The position numbers and the translations under genes were made by a program. Below the pieces are notes generated by a model. That model had not been told where the DNA came from and did no database searches. It worked only from the letters and a program-made list of their open reading frames with translations. Shown here in pieces: positions 26,259 through 34,929 of a DNA stretch of 34,929 nucleotides. The stretch lies in the sequence record DRR723986_6244, one strand, 5' to 3'. The first letter of the stretch is position 1. Each line of letters starts with the position of its first letter.

Positions 26259-27700
26259 CGACACGTCCGACGCCCCGCCCGATCCTGTCCCGTCTCTGGC
26301 CGAGCACCCTCGCCTCGCAGCTGATCATTCTGCTGCTCGCAGCCATTGTCGCGGCACAGGCCTTCAGCATCTGGATCTTCCAGGACGAGCGGCGCATCGC
26401 GCTCGTGGCGGCGGCCCGTGACAACCTTCTGTCGCGCGCTGTTTCCCTGGCGGAGCTGATGGAAGATACACCTGCAAACCTGCAGGACAGGATCCTTGTG
26501 GCCAGCAGCAGCCGGTTCGCAGTGTTCTGGCTTGGCGACAAGCCACTGGCACCGGCGCCCGGCAACTCGCGTTTCGAAAAACGCCTGCAGGGCTACATGG
26601 CTGAAAGGCTGGAACACGGCCAGACTGTGCATCTCAACATTCTTGCCGACGAAAAACGTGGACCGCGTGGCCGCGAGGCAGACGACGATGATCATCCGAA
26701 GTGGCGCGACGAGCCGCGGCACGAACGCCCTTCGAAACTGCGCAAGATCATGAACAAGCCGGAAGACCTGTCGCTGTCTATCCAGATGAGTGACGGGCGC
26801 TGGCTGAATGTCGCCACCAGCTATCGCCCGCCAGCCGGTGATTTTCTGCCTCTGGTCGTGCAGCTGTCGATTACCGCCTTGCTGATGGTGCTCATTATCG
26901 GTTTTGCCGTCCGCCGCGTGACCCGGCCCTTGAAGGAACTGTCCGTGGCTGCCGAGAAGTTCGGCCGCGGCGAACAACAGAAGCCACTGACACCCAGCGG
27001 GCCGAGCGAAGTCCGCTCGCTGACGAACGCCTTCAACGACATGCAGGACCGCCTGACACGGTTTGTCAGGGACCGCACACGGATGCTGGCCGCCATCAGT
27101 CACGATCTCAGAACCCCGATCACTTCATTGCGCCTGCGGGCCGAGTTCATCGAGGACGAGGAAAACCGCGACAAGATGATCGAAACCCTGGAAGAAATGG
27201 CCGCAATGACGGAAGCCGCGCTGCGTTTCGCCAGGGACGACGCCCAGGCGGAAACAGCGGAAAACGCCGATCTTGGTGCGATCCTGGAGGCACTTGCAGG
27301 CGACCAGCAGGATCTTGGCCACAAATGCACCGTTGAAACGGAAGAACGGATCGTGCTTCCGTGCCGTCCGGTGGCCTTGAAACGGGCCCTGAGGAACCTG
27401 ATAGAGAACGGGATCCGCTACGGAGACGGCGTCTCGGTCCACGCGGCCAGATCCGCCGGCGAAGCCATCATCCGCATCACCGACAAGGGTCCCGGCATTC
27501 CCGAGGAAAAGTTGAAGGACGTCTTCGAACCCTTTGTCAGGCTTGAAGAATCCCGCAGCGAAGAAACAGGCGGCATCGGTCTGGGTCTGGCGATCACCCG
27601 TTCGATCATCCATGCACATGGCGGCCGGATCGAGTTGAAGAACCGTCCGGAAGGCGGTCTTCAGGCCGACGTCAGATTGCCGCTCGGGGCGGGCAAATAG
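26255..27700 (+). CDS. Sensor histidine kinase (EnvZ/RisS-like)
   Basis: Two TM segments, HAMP, ISHDLRTP, NLIENG, DKGPGI, GIGLGL; ATGA overlap with the regulator. Confidence 0.94.
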   Translation: MTTRPTPRPILSRLWPSTLASQLIILLLAAIVAAQAFSIWIFQDERRIALVAAARDNLLSRAVSLAELMEDTPANLQDRILVASSSRFAVFWLGDKPLAPAPGNSRFEKRLQGYMAERLEHGQTVHLNILADEKRGPRGREADDDDHPKWRDEPRHERPSKLRKIMNKPEDLSLSIQMSDGRWLNVATSYRPPAGDFLPLVVQLSITALLMVLIIGFAVRRVTRPLKELSVAAEKFGRGEQQKPLTPSGPSEVRSLTNAFNDMQDRLTRFVRDRTRMLAAISHDLRTPITSLRLRAEFIEDEENRDKMIETLEEMAAMTEAALRFARDDAQAETAENADLGAILEALAGDQQDLGHKCTVETEERIVLPCRPVALKRALRNLIENGIRYGDGVSVHAARSAGEAIIRITDKGPGIPEEKLKDVFEPFVRLEESRSEETGGIGLGLAITRSIIHAHGGRIELKNRPEGGLQADVRLPLGAGK

Positions 27701-27706
27701 ACTGGA

Positions 27707-28849
27707 TCAAATACCGCGTGGCACAAGCGTTCCAGAGATCAGATGCGACAGCACCGAGGGAACGGGCGGGATCCGGCTGACAGGAAACAGCACATTGTCG
27801 CGCAAAAAGGGCAGCAACCTGCTGTCACTTTGATAGGCTGGCGTGAACATCGCGCTGAACGCCTGATAGACACCCACGTGCCAACGTCTGGCCTTGCCGT
27901 AGGCAGGGAGAGCCTGGTCAAGCGGCAGGGTCTCCAAAGATTTTGCCAGGGCGGCAGCGTCCAGCAGAGCCATGTTCGCGCCCTGCCCGAGCTGCGGGCT
28001 CGCCCGGTGGGCGGCATCACCGACAAAGGCAATCCTGTCACCCCAGGGCTGGCGCAAGGTGCCATGGCTGTAGCGCGCCATGGTCATTTGCTCCGGATCC
28101 GTGATCTGCTCCAGAAAGGGCCCGGCATCGGGCCAGATCGACAGCGCCGTGTCCTTCCAGGCTGCCAGCCCGCCCTTGAGCCAGTCTTCATAAGCGTCCT
28201 GGCGAAGTGACCAGAAGAACGCGGCCTTCCGCCGGTCCTGTCCCGGCATGAGGCCGACAGGCAACACACCAATCATGTGGTCTGCACCGCGATAGCGCTG
28301 GGACAGATGATCCTCGGGCAGACCGCCGGAAACCCAGTCGACAGTTCCCCAGATCGCACCGAACGACAATGCGCGTGCTTTCAGCGGCGACAGAACCGAA
28401 TTTGCGCCCGACGCATCGATGATCAGGTCGAAGGCCTCGGAAAAGCTGCCATCGGCGAAACGCAGTTTCCCGTCCTGGTGACCGGTGATCCGGCAATCCG
28501 TGTGCCAGTAAAGCGCACGGGTCAGTACCTTTTCATAAAGCGCGGAAAACAGCGCGGCCCGGTGGATACCAAGCCCCGGCACTGCGCCATAGTCCACGTC
28601 AAGAACCCGCCTGCCGGTTTGCGATGACCTGCCAAGCACACGCTTGATCGGTGTTGCGTGCTTCAGCACTACATCCGCGACACCAGCCAGCTCCAGGACT
28701 TCAAGCCCGACAGGCTGGATCATCAAGCCCGAACCGATGGGAACCGGTTTGCGGAATTGTTCATACAGGGAAATCCGGTGGCCCAGACGCTCCAGAAGAA
28801 TGGCTGTGGCCAGTCCTCCGATCCCGGCCCCGACAATGGCAATGTTCAT
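27707..28849 (-). CDS. FAD-dependent monooxygenase (aromatic hydroxylase-like)
   Basis: IVGAGIGG, DASGANS, GDAAH..SPQLGQGANMAL. Confidence 0.92.
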   Translation of the reverse strand: MNIAIVGAGIGGLATAILLERLGHRISLYEQFRKPVPIGSGLMIQPVGLEVLELAGVADVVLKHATPIKRVLGRSSQTGRRVLDVDYGAVPGLGIHRAALFSALYEKVLTRALYWHTDCRITGHQDGKLRFADGSFSEAFDLIIDASGANSVLSPLKARALSFGAIWGTVDWVSGGLPEDHLSQRYRGADHMIGVLPVGLMPGQDRRKAAFFWSLRQDAYEDWLKGGLAAWKDTALSIWPDAGPFLEQITDPEQMTMARYSHGTLRQPWGDRIAFVGDAAHRASPQLGQGANMALLDAAALAKSLETLPLDQALPAYGKARRWHVGVYQAFSAMFTPAYQSDSRLLPFLRDNVLFPVSRIPPVPSVLSHLISGTLVPRGI

Positions 28850-28986
28850 CGGGCAATCACTTCATGAATGGATGGGTCCTTTTGACCAGAGTCTGCCGGC
28901 AAGCACAATATGCTCCGGCACCCCGTGCCGCGGATGAACGCAAGGCATTCGCCGAGAGGAGCCGAGGCAACTGCAACACTGGACGC

Positions 28987-29409
28987 TCAACGCCGCGCCT
29001 GAAGGCCACCGGCGTAAGTGGCCTCATCGACCGGTTCGAGCCACTCCGCCGTCGCACCGTCCTGTTCTTCCTGTATGGCCAGATGGACAAGAGACGTGTT
29101 CGGTCCGGCGCCATGCCAATGTTTGACGCCAGGCGGGATCCAGATGACATCACCTGGCAGTATCGACAGTTTCTCCTGCCCCCACAGATGCACAAAACCT
29201 GCCCCTTCCAGTATCTGAAGGGTCTGCCCAAGCGGATGGGTATGCCAGTGGGTACGTGCCCCCGGTTCGAACGTCACCCGCAATGCGCGCACGCGGGCCG
29301 GCGCGGGCGCCTCGATCACCGGGTCCTGCCAGACCGTTCCAGTGAAATAATCCGGATTTGCACGTCGCGATGGCCTGGAACCGGCCTCGAATACGGTCAG
29401 GACACTCAT
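28987..29409 (-). CDS. Cupin domain protein
   Basis: [40 protein letters not shown]. Confidence 0.92.
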   Translation of the reverse strand: MSVLTVFEAGSRPSRRANPDYFTGTVWQDPVIEAPAPARVRALRVTFEPGARTHWHTHPLGQTLQILEGAGFVHLWGQEKLSILPGDVIWIPPGVKHWHGAGPNTSLVHLAIQEEQDGATAEWLEPVDEATYAGGLQARR

Positions 29410-29484
29410 GGACACCTCCTCGCAAGTCTCTGCCACCATGCGCACGGATCGGGCCGCCAAGTTACCTGCCGGCCAAATGCCCTC

Positions 29485-30405
29485 TTACTTGGCGGCAGAT
29501 ACTGGAGCCGAAACGTCTTGACGCTTCACCGCACGTGGCCAGTTGATCAGAACAACACCGAAAATGGCAAGGCAAATTCCGGCAAAGGTCTCCAGATCCA
29601 GCGTCTCCGACAGGAACACGACACCGAGAAAGACACCTACGCCTGAGCGCAGATAGGCCTGACTGGCCGTCCCCATTGCCCCAAGGGTCGACAGCAGACG
29701 GAAATAGATCAGAAATGCCAGCGCGGTGCATGCAAGCGAGAGCGTCAGCGCGGCAACGATGCCGGTCGTATCCGGCGTCAACTGCCAGGGCCGGTCGACG
29801 ATGAGGCTTGCCGGGACCAGCACAACCGATGCGCAGATGAGCGTTCCCGCAGCCGGCACTATGGGCGGCAGGCCTGCAAAGACACGGCCGCGCAGGGCCG
29901 CGATGCCATAGAGCGCAGCCCCGAACAGGACGACAAGCTGCGGCACAAGGTTCCTGCCGATATCCTCAAGCGCACCGACACCGACGATCAGCACGATACC
30001 GGCAAAGCCGAACAAGGCGCCGGTGAGTTGCCGGGCACCTGGCCTTTCGCCGTGGCTCAGCAGCAGGAACGAAAAGGCGAAGACCCAGAGCGGCGAGGTT
30101 GAATTCAGAACGCTGGAGACGGCCGTCCCGGCATATTGCTGGCCCCACGCCAGCATCAGCCAGGGTCCTGTGCTATTGACCAGGGACTGGATGAAGAACT
30201 GTTTCCAGTTTTGCCTGTCCAGCGGCATGCGAATGCCCCTTGCAGCCATGATGGCCAGCAGCGCCAGCGCAGCAAGAGACACACGGATGGCAATCAGCGT
30301 CGCAGGAGGAAACGATGGCAGCGCCAGGCTGATCCACATGTAGGATGAGCCCCACAGCAGGGCGAGCACGCCCAAAAGCGCCAGTTCGATGGATCTGTTT
30401 TGCAT
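29485..30405 (-). CDS. EamA/DMT family transporter
   Basis: About 10 TM helices, LWGSS, two EamA repeats. Confidence 0.92.
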   Translation of the reverse strand: MQNRSIELALLGVLALLWGSSYMWISLALPSFPPATLIAIRVSLAALALLAIMAARGIRMPLDRQNWKQFFIQSLVNSTGPWLMLAWGQQYAGTAVSSVLNSTSPLWVFAFSFLLLSHGERPGARQLTGALFGFAGIVLIVGVGALEDIGRNLVPQLVVLFGAALYGIAALRGRVFAGLPPIVPAAGTLICASVVLVPASLIVDRPWQLTPDTTGIVAALTLSLACTALAFLIYFRLLSTLGAMGTASQAYLRSGVGVFLGVVFLSETLDLETFAGICLAIFGVVLINWPRAVKRQDVSAPVSAAK

Positions 30406-30415
30406 GGCTGCCGGC

Positions 30416-30760
30416 TTAACCGTTCACGTCGCGGCTGTCGGCGGGAGCCTCGTCGCGCTCGTCCATGCCATAGTCGCGCAGCACCTGCGCCACCCGCAAC
30501 CGGTAGTCCTTGAAATAGCTGTTCCGTCCGGCACGCTGCGCCTTGCGATGCTGCGTGAGCTGCCGCCATTCATTCAGCGCGGCTTCGTCGCGAAAGAAGG
30601 AGACCGACAGTAATTTCTCCGGATTGGTGAGGCTCTGGAATCGCTCGACGGACAGGAACCCGTCGATCTGTTCGACCAGGGGCTTCATCTCGGCAGCCAT
30701 GTCGAGATAAGCCTGTTTCTTGTCCGCATGCGGGATCACTTCGAAGATGACGGCAATCAT
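30416..30760 (-). CDS. Antibiotic biosynthesis monooxygenase (ABM) family protein
   Basis: [31 protein letters not shown]. Confidence 0.9.
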   Translation of the reverse strand: MIAVIFEVIPHADKKQAYLDMAAEMKPLVEQIDGFLSVERFQSLTNPEKLLSVSFFRDEAALNEWRQLTQHRKAQRAGRNSYFKDYRLRVAQVLRDYGMDERDEAPADSRDVNG

Positions 30761-31089
30761 TTGAGTTTCTCTCCCATGCCATGCAGTGCGGACGCCAGTT
30801 TCAGAAACGTGCGGTCTTCCCGCAAGATGAATTTTTCCTTCATGGCAAAAGCATAGTTTTCCTGCCCCAACGGGTCCGCGGCAAGCCGCGCCCGGTAGGC
30901 TTCATATGCCGCAAGGTTCTCGATGGAATAAACACCGTACGCCAGCGTCGTCGAGCCTTCGTGGGGTGCAAAATAGCCGATCAGATCCGCACCGCAACGC
31001 GGGATCGCCTGCCCCCAGTTTCGCGCATATTGCTCAAAGGCGGCTTTCTTCGTCGGGTCGATGTGATAGCGGATGAAACAGGTAATCAC
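30757..31089 (-). CDS. NIPSNAP family protein
   Basis: [31 protein letters not shown] start after AGGAG; overlaps the ABM start. Confidence 0.88.
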   Translation of the reverse strand: MITCFIRYHIDPTKKAAFEQYARNWGQAIPRCGADLIGYFAPHEGSTTLAYGVYSIENLAAYEAYRARLAADPLGQENYAFAMKEKFILREDRTFLKLASALHGMGEKLK

Positions 31090-31146
31090 CAAGGTCTCCT
31101 TCAAGGCTGTGTCGATTGCGCTTGTGTGCCACGGTCTATGTCTGCA

Positions 31147-31170
31147 ATGCTTCGACACAGATCGAACCAT
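31147..31170. promoter_or_regulatory. Inverted-repeat operator, probably for the ArsR regulator
   Basis: ATGCTTCGA-N6-TCGAACCAT (8/9 symmetric) between the divergent NIPSNAP and ArsR genes. Confidence 0.6.
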
Positions 31171-31182
31171 GGAGGAGATCTG

Positions 31183-31872
31183 ATGAAGGATGGACCGGAC
31201 ATTGCCCGCATCGGCGCCTTGATGGGTGACCCGGCCCGCGCCAACATTCTGAGCGCGCTGTTAAGCGGCAAGGCCCTGACGGCGACGGAACTGGCAACCG
31301 AAGCCGGCATCACCGGCCAGACCGCCAGTTCGCACCTGAAGAAACTGATGGAAGGCGGCTTGCTGACCCAGGCCAAGCAGGGCCGGCATCGCTATTTCAC
31401 GCTCGCGGGCCCGGAAGTTGGAGCCGTGCTGGAAGCCGTGATGGGCCTTGCCGCCCGCAAGGGTCACCTGCGCACACGCACCGGCCCCAGAGACCCACAG
31501 ATGCGGGCCGCCCGTGTGTGTTATGACCATTTGGCTGGCGATATGGCGGTGCGTATTTTCGACAGCCTGCAGAAGCGCGGGTTCCTTGCCGTCTCGACGG
31601 ACAAGGGCGGCCTCGCCCTGACCGCAGATGGTGAAGGTTTCGTCTCAGGCATCGGCATTGACCTGGATGCCCTCACAGCAAGCCGCCGCCCGATGTGCCG
31701 TGCCTGTCTGGACTGGAGCGAAAGGCGCAATCATCTGGCGGGAGGTCTGGGGGCCGCTCTTCTGACGCGCTTCACCGAAAGCGACTGGCTGCGCCGCGAA
31801 CCGGCGGGACGCATCGTTCATATTTCGCCGAAAGGTGAAGCGGAACTGAAGAAACTGTTTCCGGTACCCTGA
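31183..31872 (+). CDS. ArsR/SmtB family regulator with Cys-containing C-terminal domain
   Basis: [60 protein letters not shown]. Confidence 0.92.
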   Translation: MKDGPDIARIGALMGDPARANILSALLSGKALTATELATEAGITGQTASSHLKKLMEGGLLTQAKQGRHRYFTLAGPEVGAVLEAVMGLAARKGHLRTRTGPRDPQMRAARVCYDHLAGDMAVRIFDSLQKRGFLAVSTDKGGLALTADGEGFVSGIGIDLDALTASRRPMCRACLDWSERRNHLAGGLGAALLTRFTESDWLRREPAGRIVHISPKGEAELKKLFPVP

Positions 31873-31910
31873 GCAACACCCCCGCCCCTTTCTGCTCATC
31901 CACAGATAAC

Positions 31911-31936
31911 AAAAAACCCGGCCGAAGCCGGGCTTT
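31911..31936 (-). terminator. Rho-independent terminator with cUUCGg tetraloop (possibly bidirectional)
   Basis: Minus strand GCCCGGC-TTCG-GCCGGG-TTTTTT; its main polarity is opposite to ArsR. Confidence 0.8.
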
Positions 31937-32024
31937 GTAAGGAAGTGGGCAGACGCCAGGGGCAAACGAGGCGCCCAGTGATCTTGTTCTTGTTTCTTGG
32001 GGCCAATTTCGGGGTGGGCCCAGC

Positions 32025-32168
32025 TCAAAGAGACCGGATGGTCTCCTGAACCTTCGGAAGGGCTTCACGCCAGGAGCGATAAAGCCGCGCCGGCAACCAC
32101 GCAAGGCGGTCCCGATTGTAATCCTGGCGATGCTGAACCAGCAAAATTCTAGCGATTTGCACAGTCAT
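32025..32168 (-). CDS. Putative 47-aa small protein
   Basis: Strong SD AAAGGAG 8 nt before the ATG; lies between a promoter-like element and a terminator; no recognisable domain. Confidence 0.55.
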   Translation of the reverse strand: MTVQIARILLVQHRQDYNRDRLAWLPARLYRSWREALPKVQETIRSL

Positions 32169-32225
32169 GTTTTTTTCTCCTTTGGTGTGCGCAGAACCTT
32201 TATCGGCGCTCACCTGATAGAGCAT

Positions 32226-32269
32226 ATGTTAGCGCACTGCGTGCACATTACAAGAGTGCACAGTGTGCA
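32226..32269 (-). promoter_or_regulatory. Putative promoter and twin palindromic operators for the small-ORF unit
   Basis: TTGTAA-N16-TAACAT (32253-32226); GCAC-N3-GTGC at 32234-32244 and 32258-32268 flanking the -35. Confidence 0.45.
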
Positions 32270-32318
32270 TATTCTCAAAAATTTGTGTTATTTTCCTTAC
32301 GTCATTTAATTCATTGGA

Positions 32319-32359
32319 GAAAATAAATGGCCTCCCGCGTGCGACACGCGGGAGGCCAT
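32319..32359 (-). terminator. Terminator of metH
   Basis: 15-bp perfect stem ATGGCCTCCCGCGTG/CACGCGGGAGGCCAT followed by TTATTTT. Confidence 0.85.
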
Positions 32360-32390
32360 CTGTTTCCAGTCGGTTTTGGTGGAGCGGACC

Positions 32391-34929
32391 CTACTCGGCA
32401 GCGACCATCCGGGCCGGATCGTAGTTGAGAATCGGAGCCAGCCAGCGTTCCGCGTAGGCCAGATCCCAACCTTTGCGTGCGGCGTAATCCTCCACCTGGT
32501 CCTTCTCGATCTTGCCGACACCGAAATAATGGCTGTCGGCATGACCGAAATAGAGCCCGGAAACGGAAGACCCCGGCAACATGGCCCTGCTCTCTGTCAG
32601 CTGAATGCCTGTCAGGCGTTCCGCATCGAGCAGCCGGAACAGGGTATCCTTTTCCGTATGGTCCGGCTGGGCCGGGTAGCCCGGTGCCGGACGAATGCCC
32701 TGATATTTTTCCGAGATGATATCGTCGACGGACAGGTCTTCGGCGGCGGCGTAGCCCCAAATGTCCTTGCGTACGATCTGGTGCAGCTTCTCGGCAAAGG
32801 CTTCCGCCAGCCGGTCTGCCAGGGCCTGGGAGAGGATCTTGTTGTAGTCGTCCGACTCCCTGGCGTAACGCGCCGCCAGCTCGTCCTCGCCATGACCGGA
32901 GGTAACGGCAAATCCGCCGATCCAGTCGGCAATGCCGCTGGCCTCGGGCGCAACGAAATCGCTGAGGGCGATATTGGCGCGGCCACCCGCAGTCCGGCTC
33001 ATCTGCTGGCGCAGCGTATGGAAGGTCGCCAGCGTTTCGCTCCGGCTTTCGTCGGTGAAGACACGCACATCGTCACCAACCGCATTGGCCGGCCACAGGC
33101 TTGCAACACCGCGTGCCGTCAGCAGTTTCTTTTCAACGATTTCATCGAGCATCCGCCGGGCATCGTCGAAAAGCGCCTTGGCCGCCGGGCCGTAGCGATT
33201 GTCGGTCAGTACCGCCGGATAACGGCCCTTGATCTCCCAGGTGGAGAAGAACGGCGTCCAGTCGATGAACGGCACCAGTTCCTCCAGCGGGAAATCGTCA
33301 TAGACAGTCGTGCCTGGCTTCTTCGGCGCAACCGGCTGTTTGCCCTGGAAGTCGGCCTTGAAGGCATTGTCCCGCGCAGCTTTCAGCGACGTGCGCTGCT
33401 GAGAGCCCCTGCCGGCTGCATGCTTTTCGGCAATATCGGCATATTCGGCACGCACATCGGCATAGTAAGGCGCGCGGCCGCCTTCGCTCATCAGCTTGGA
33501 GGCAACACCGACAGCCCGGCCCGCATCGGTGACATAGATTGCCTGGCCGCGGGCATAGTTCGGGTGGATCTTCACCGCTGTATGGATCTTGGACGTGGTC
33601 GCCCCTCCGATCAGCAGCGGCACATCAAGCCCTTCACGTTCCAGCTCGGCGGCAACGTGGCACATTTCGTCCAGCGACGGTGTGATCAGGCCGGACAGCC
33701 CGATCATGTCGACCTTTTCCTGACGCGCGGTATCGAGGATCTTCGCTGCCGGCACCATGACGCCGAGATCGATCACCTCGAAATTGTTGCACTGGAGCAC
33801 GACGCCGACAATGTTCTTGCCGATGTCATGCACATCGCCCTTGACCGTCGCCATCAGGATCTTGCCGGCGGAAGAATGACCCGTCTGGCCAAGCTCTTCC
33901 TTTTCCTTTTCCATGAACGGCATCAGATAGGCGACCGCCTTCTTCATGACGCGGGCAGACTTGACCACCTGCGGCAGGAACATCTGCCCGGATCCGAAGA
34001 GATCGCCGACGACGTTCATACCGTCCATCAGCGGGCCTTCGATCACGTGCAGCGGCCGGTCGAAGGCCTGGCGGGCTTCTTCGGTGTCTTCTTCAACGTA
34101 ATCGGCAATGCCGTGAACGAGCGCGTGTTCCAGGCGCTTGGCAACACCCCAGGTGCGCCAGGTGAGATCGGCTTCCTTTTTCTTGCCGCCCTCGCCTTTC
34201 CAGCGTTCGGCCGCTTCCAGCAACCGGTCGGTGCTGTCCTGTCGCCGATTGAGGACAACATCCTCGCAAAGCTCGCGCAGTTCGCGATCGAGATCATTAT
34301 AGACCGCAAGCTGACCGGCATTCACGATGCCCATGTCCATGCCGCGCTTGATGGCATGATAGAGGAACACCGAGTGCATCGCTTCGCGCACGGCTTCGTT
34401 GCCGCGGAACGAGAACGACAGGTTCGATACACCGCCCGACACATGGGCGTGCGGCAGGTTCTCGCGGATCCAGCCGGTCGCCTCGATGAAGTCGACGCCG
34501 TAGTTGTTGTGTTCCTCGATGCCTGTCGCGACGGCAAAGATGTTCGGGTCGAAAATGATGTCTTCCGGCGGGAAGCCAACCTTTTCGGTCAGGATCTTGT
34601 AGGACCGCGCGCAGATCTCTGTCTTGCGCTCGAAGGTGTCGGCCTGTCCGCTTTCATCAAACGCCATCACCACAACGGCAGCACCGTAGCGGCGCACCAG
34701 TGTCGCGTGCTTGATGAACTCCTCTTCGCCTTCCTTCATCGAGATGGAGTTCACGACCCCCTTGCCCTGGATACATTTGAGGCCCGCTTCGATGACCGTC
34801 CACTTGGAACTGTCGATCATCACCGGAACCTTGGCGATGTCCGGCTCGGCGGCCACCAGGTTCAGGAAGGTGACCATGGCTTCCTCGGAATCGAGCAGCC
34901 CTTCGTCCATGTTGATGTCGATGATCTGC
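32391..34929 (-). CDS. metH: Cobalamin-dependent methionine synthase (5' part outside window)
   Basis: Pterin domain [32 protein letters not shown]12 motif GDVHDIGKN; activation domain [12 protein letters not shown]. Confidence 0.98.
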   Translation of the reverse strand, partial: QIIDINMDEGLLDSEEAMVTFLNLVAAEPDIAKVPVMIDSSKWTVIEAGLKCIQGKGVVNSISMKEGEEEFIKHATLVRRYGAAVVVMAFDESGQADTFERKTEICARSYKILTEKVGFPPEDIIFDPNIFAVATGIEEHNNYGVDFIEATGWIRENLPHAHVSGGVSNLSFSFRGNEAVREAMHSVFLYHAIKRGMDMGIVNAGQLAVYNDLDRELRELCEDVVLNRRQDSTDRLLEAAERWKGEGGKKKEADLTWRTWGVAKRLEHALVHGIADYVEEDTEEARQAFDRPLHVIEGPLMDGMNVVGDLFGSGQMFLPQVVKSARVMKKAVAYLMPFMEKEKEELGQTGHSSAGKILMATVKGDVHDIGKNIVGVVLQCNNFEVIDLGVMVPAAKILDTARQEKVDMIGLSGLITPSLDEMCHVAAELEREGLDVPLLIGGATTSKIHTAVKIHPNYARGQAIYVTDAGRAVGVASKLMSEGGRAPYYADVRAEYADIAEKHAAGRGSQQRTSLKAARDNAFKADFQGKQPVAPKKPGTTVYDDFPLEELVPFIDWTPFFSTWEIKGRYPAVLTDNRYGPAAKALFDDARRMLDEIVEKKLLTARGVASLWPANAVGDDVRVFTDESRSETLATFHTLRQQMSRTAGGRANIALSDFVAPEASGIADWIGGFAVTSGHGEDELAARYARESDDYNKILSQALADRLAEAFAEKLHQIVRKDIWGYAAAEDLSVDDIISEKYQGIRPAPGYPAQPDHTEKDTLFRLLDAERLTGIQLTESRAMLPGSSVSGLYFGHADSHYFGVGKIEKDQVEDYAARKGWDLAYAERWLAPILNYDPARMVAAE

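Noticed and set aside
32025-32168. DUF1127 protein or type I toxin identity for the small ORF
   Set aside because: No L..L.D..L.DIG motif and no transmembrane-length hydrophobic stretch

Overview
A ~60% GC alphaproteobacterial chromosomal segment; gene content suggests a marine Hyphomicrobiales such as Roseibium/Labrenzia, which is an inference. I saw no mobile elements, CRISPR, tRNA or rRNA. In order, it holds: the end of a class III adenylate cyclase; a cytochrome b561 preceded by a sul1-like RNA motif; a LuxR-HTH regulator; a polyamine locus (speF-type leader > ornithine decarboxylase > GNAT; homospermidine synthase with a ~185-aa histone-H1/AlgP-like N-terminal tail); a VOC/GST/PNPOx-reductase/LysR cluster; an exosortase > VIT-vWA PEP-CTERM-type target > CreB/CreC-like two-component operon; a siderophore ABC transporter; VOC, GFA and MarR genes; an internally duplicated hypothetical; a secreted multi-EF-hand protein divergent from an OmpR/sensor pair; an FAD monooxygenase; a NIPSNAP-ABM-EamA-cupin operon with a divergent ArsR; a stand-alone small-ORF/sRNA unit; and the 3' part of metH. 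The strongest novelty candidates are the polycationic tail on HSS, the exosortase/VIT/Cre module, the sul1-like element with a possible leader peptide, and the ~310-nt sORF+sRNA unit. All family calls are from motif recognition; no searches were run.
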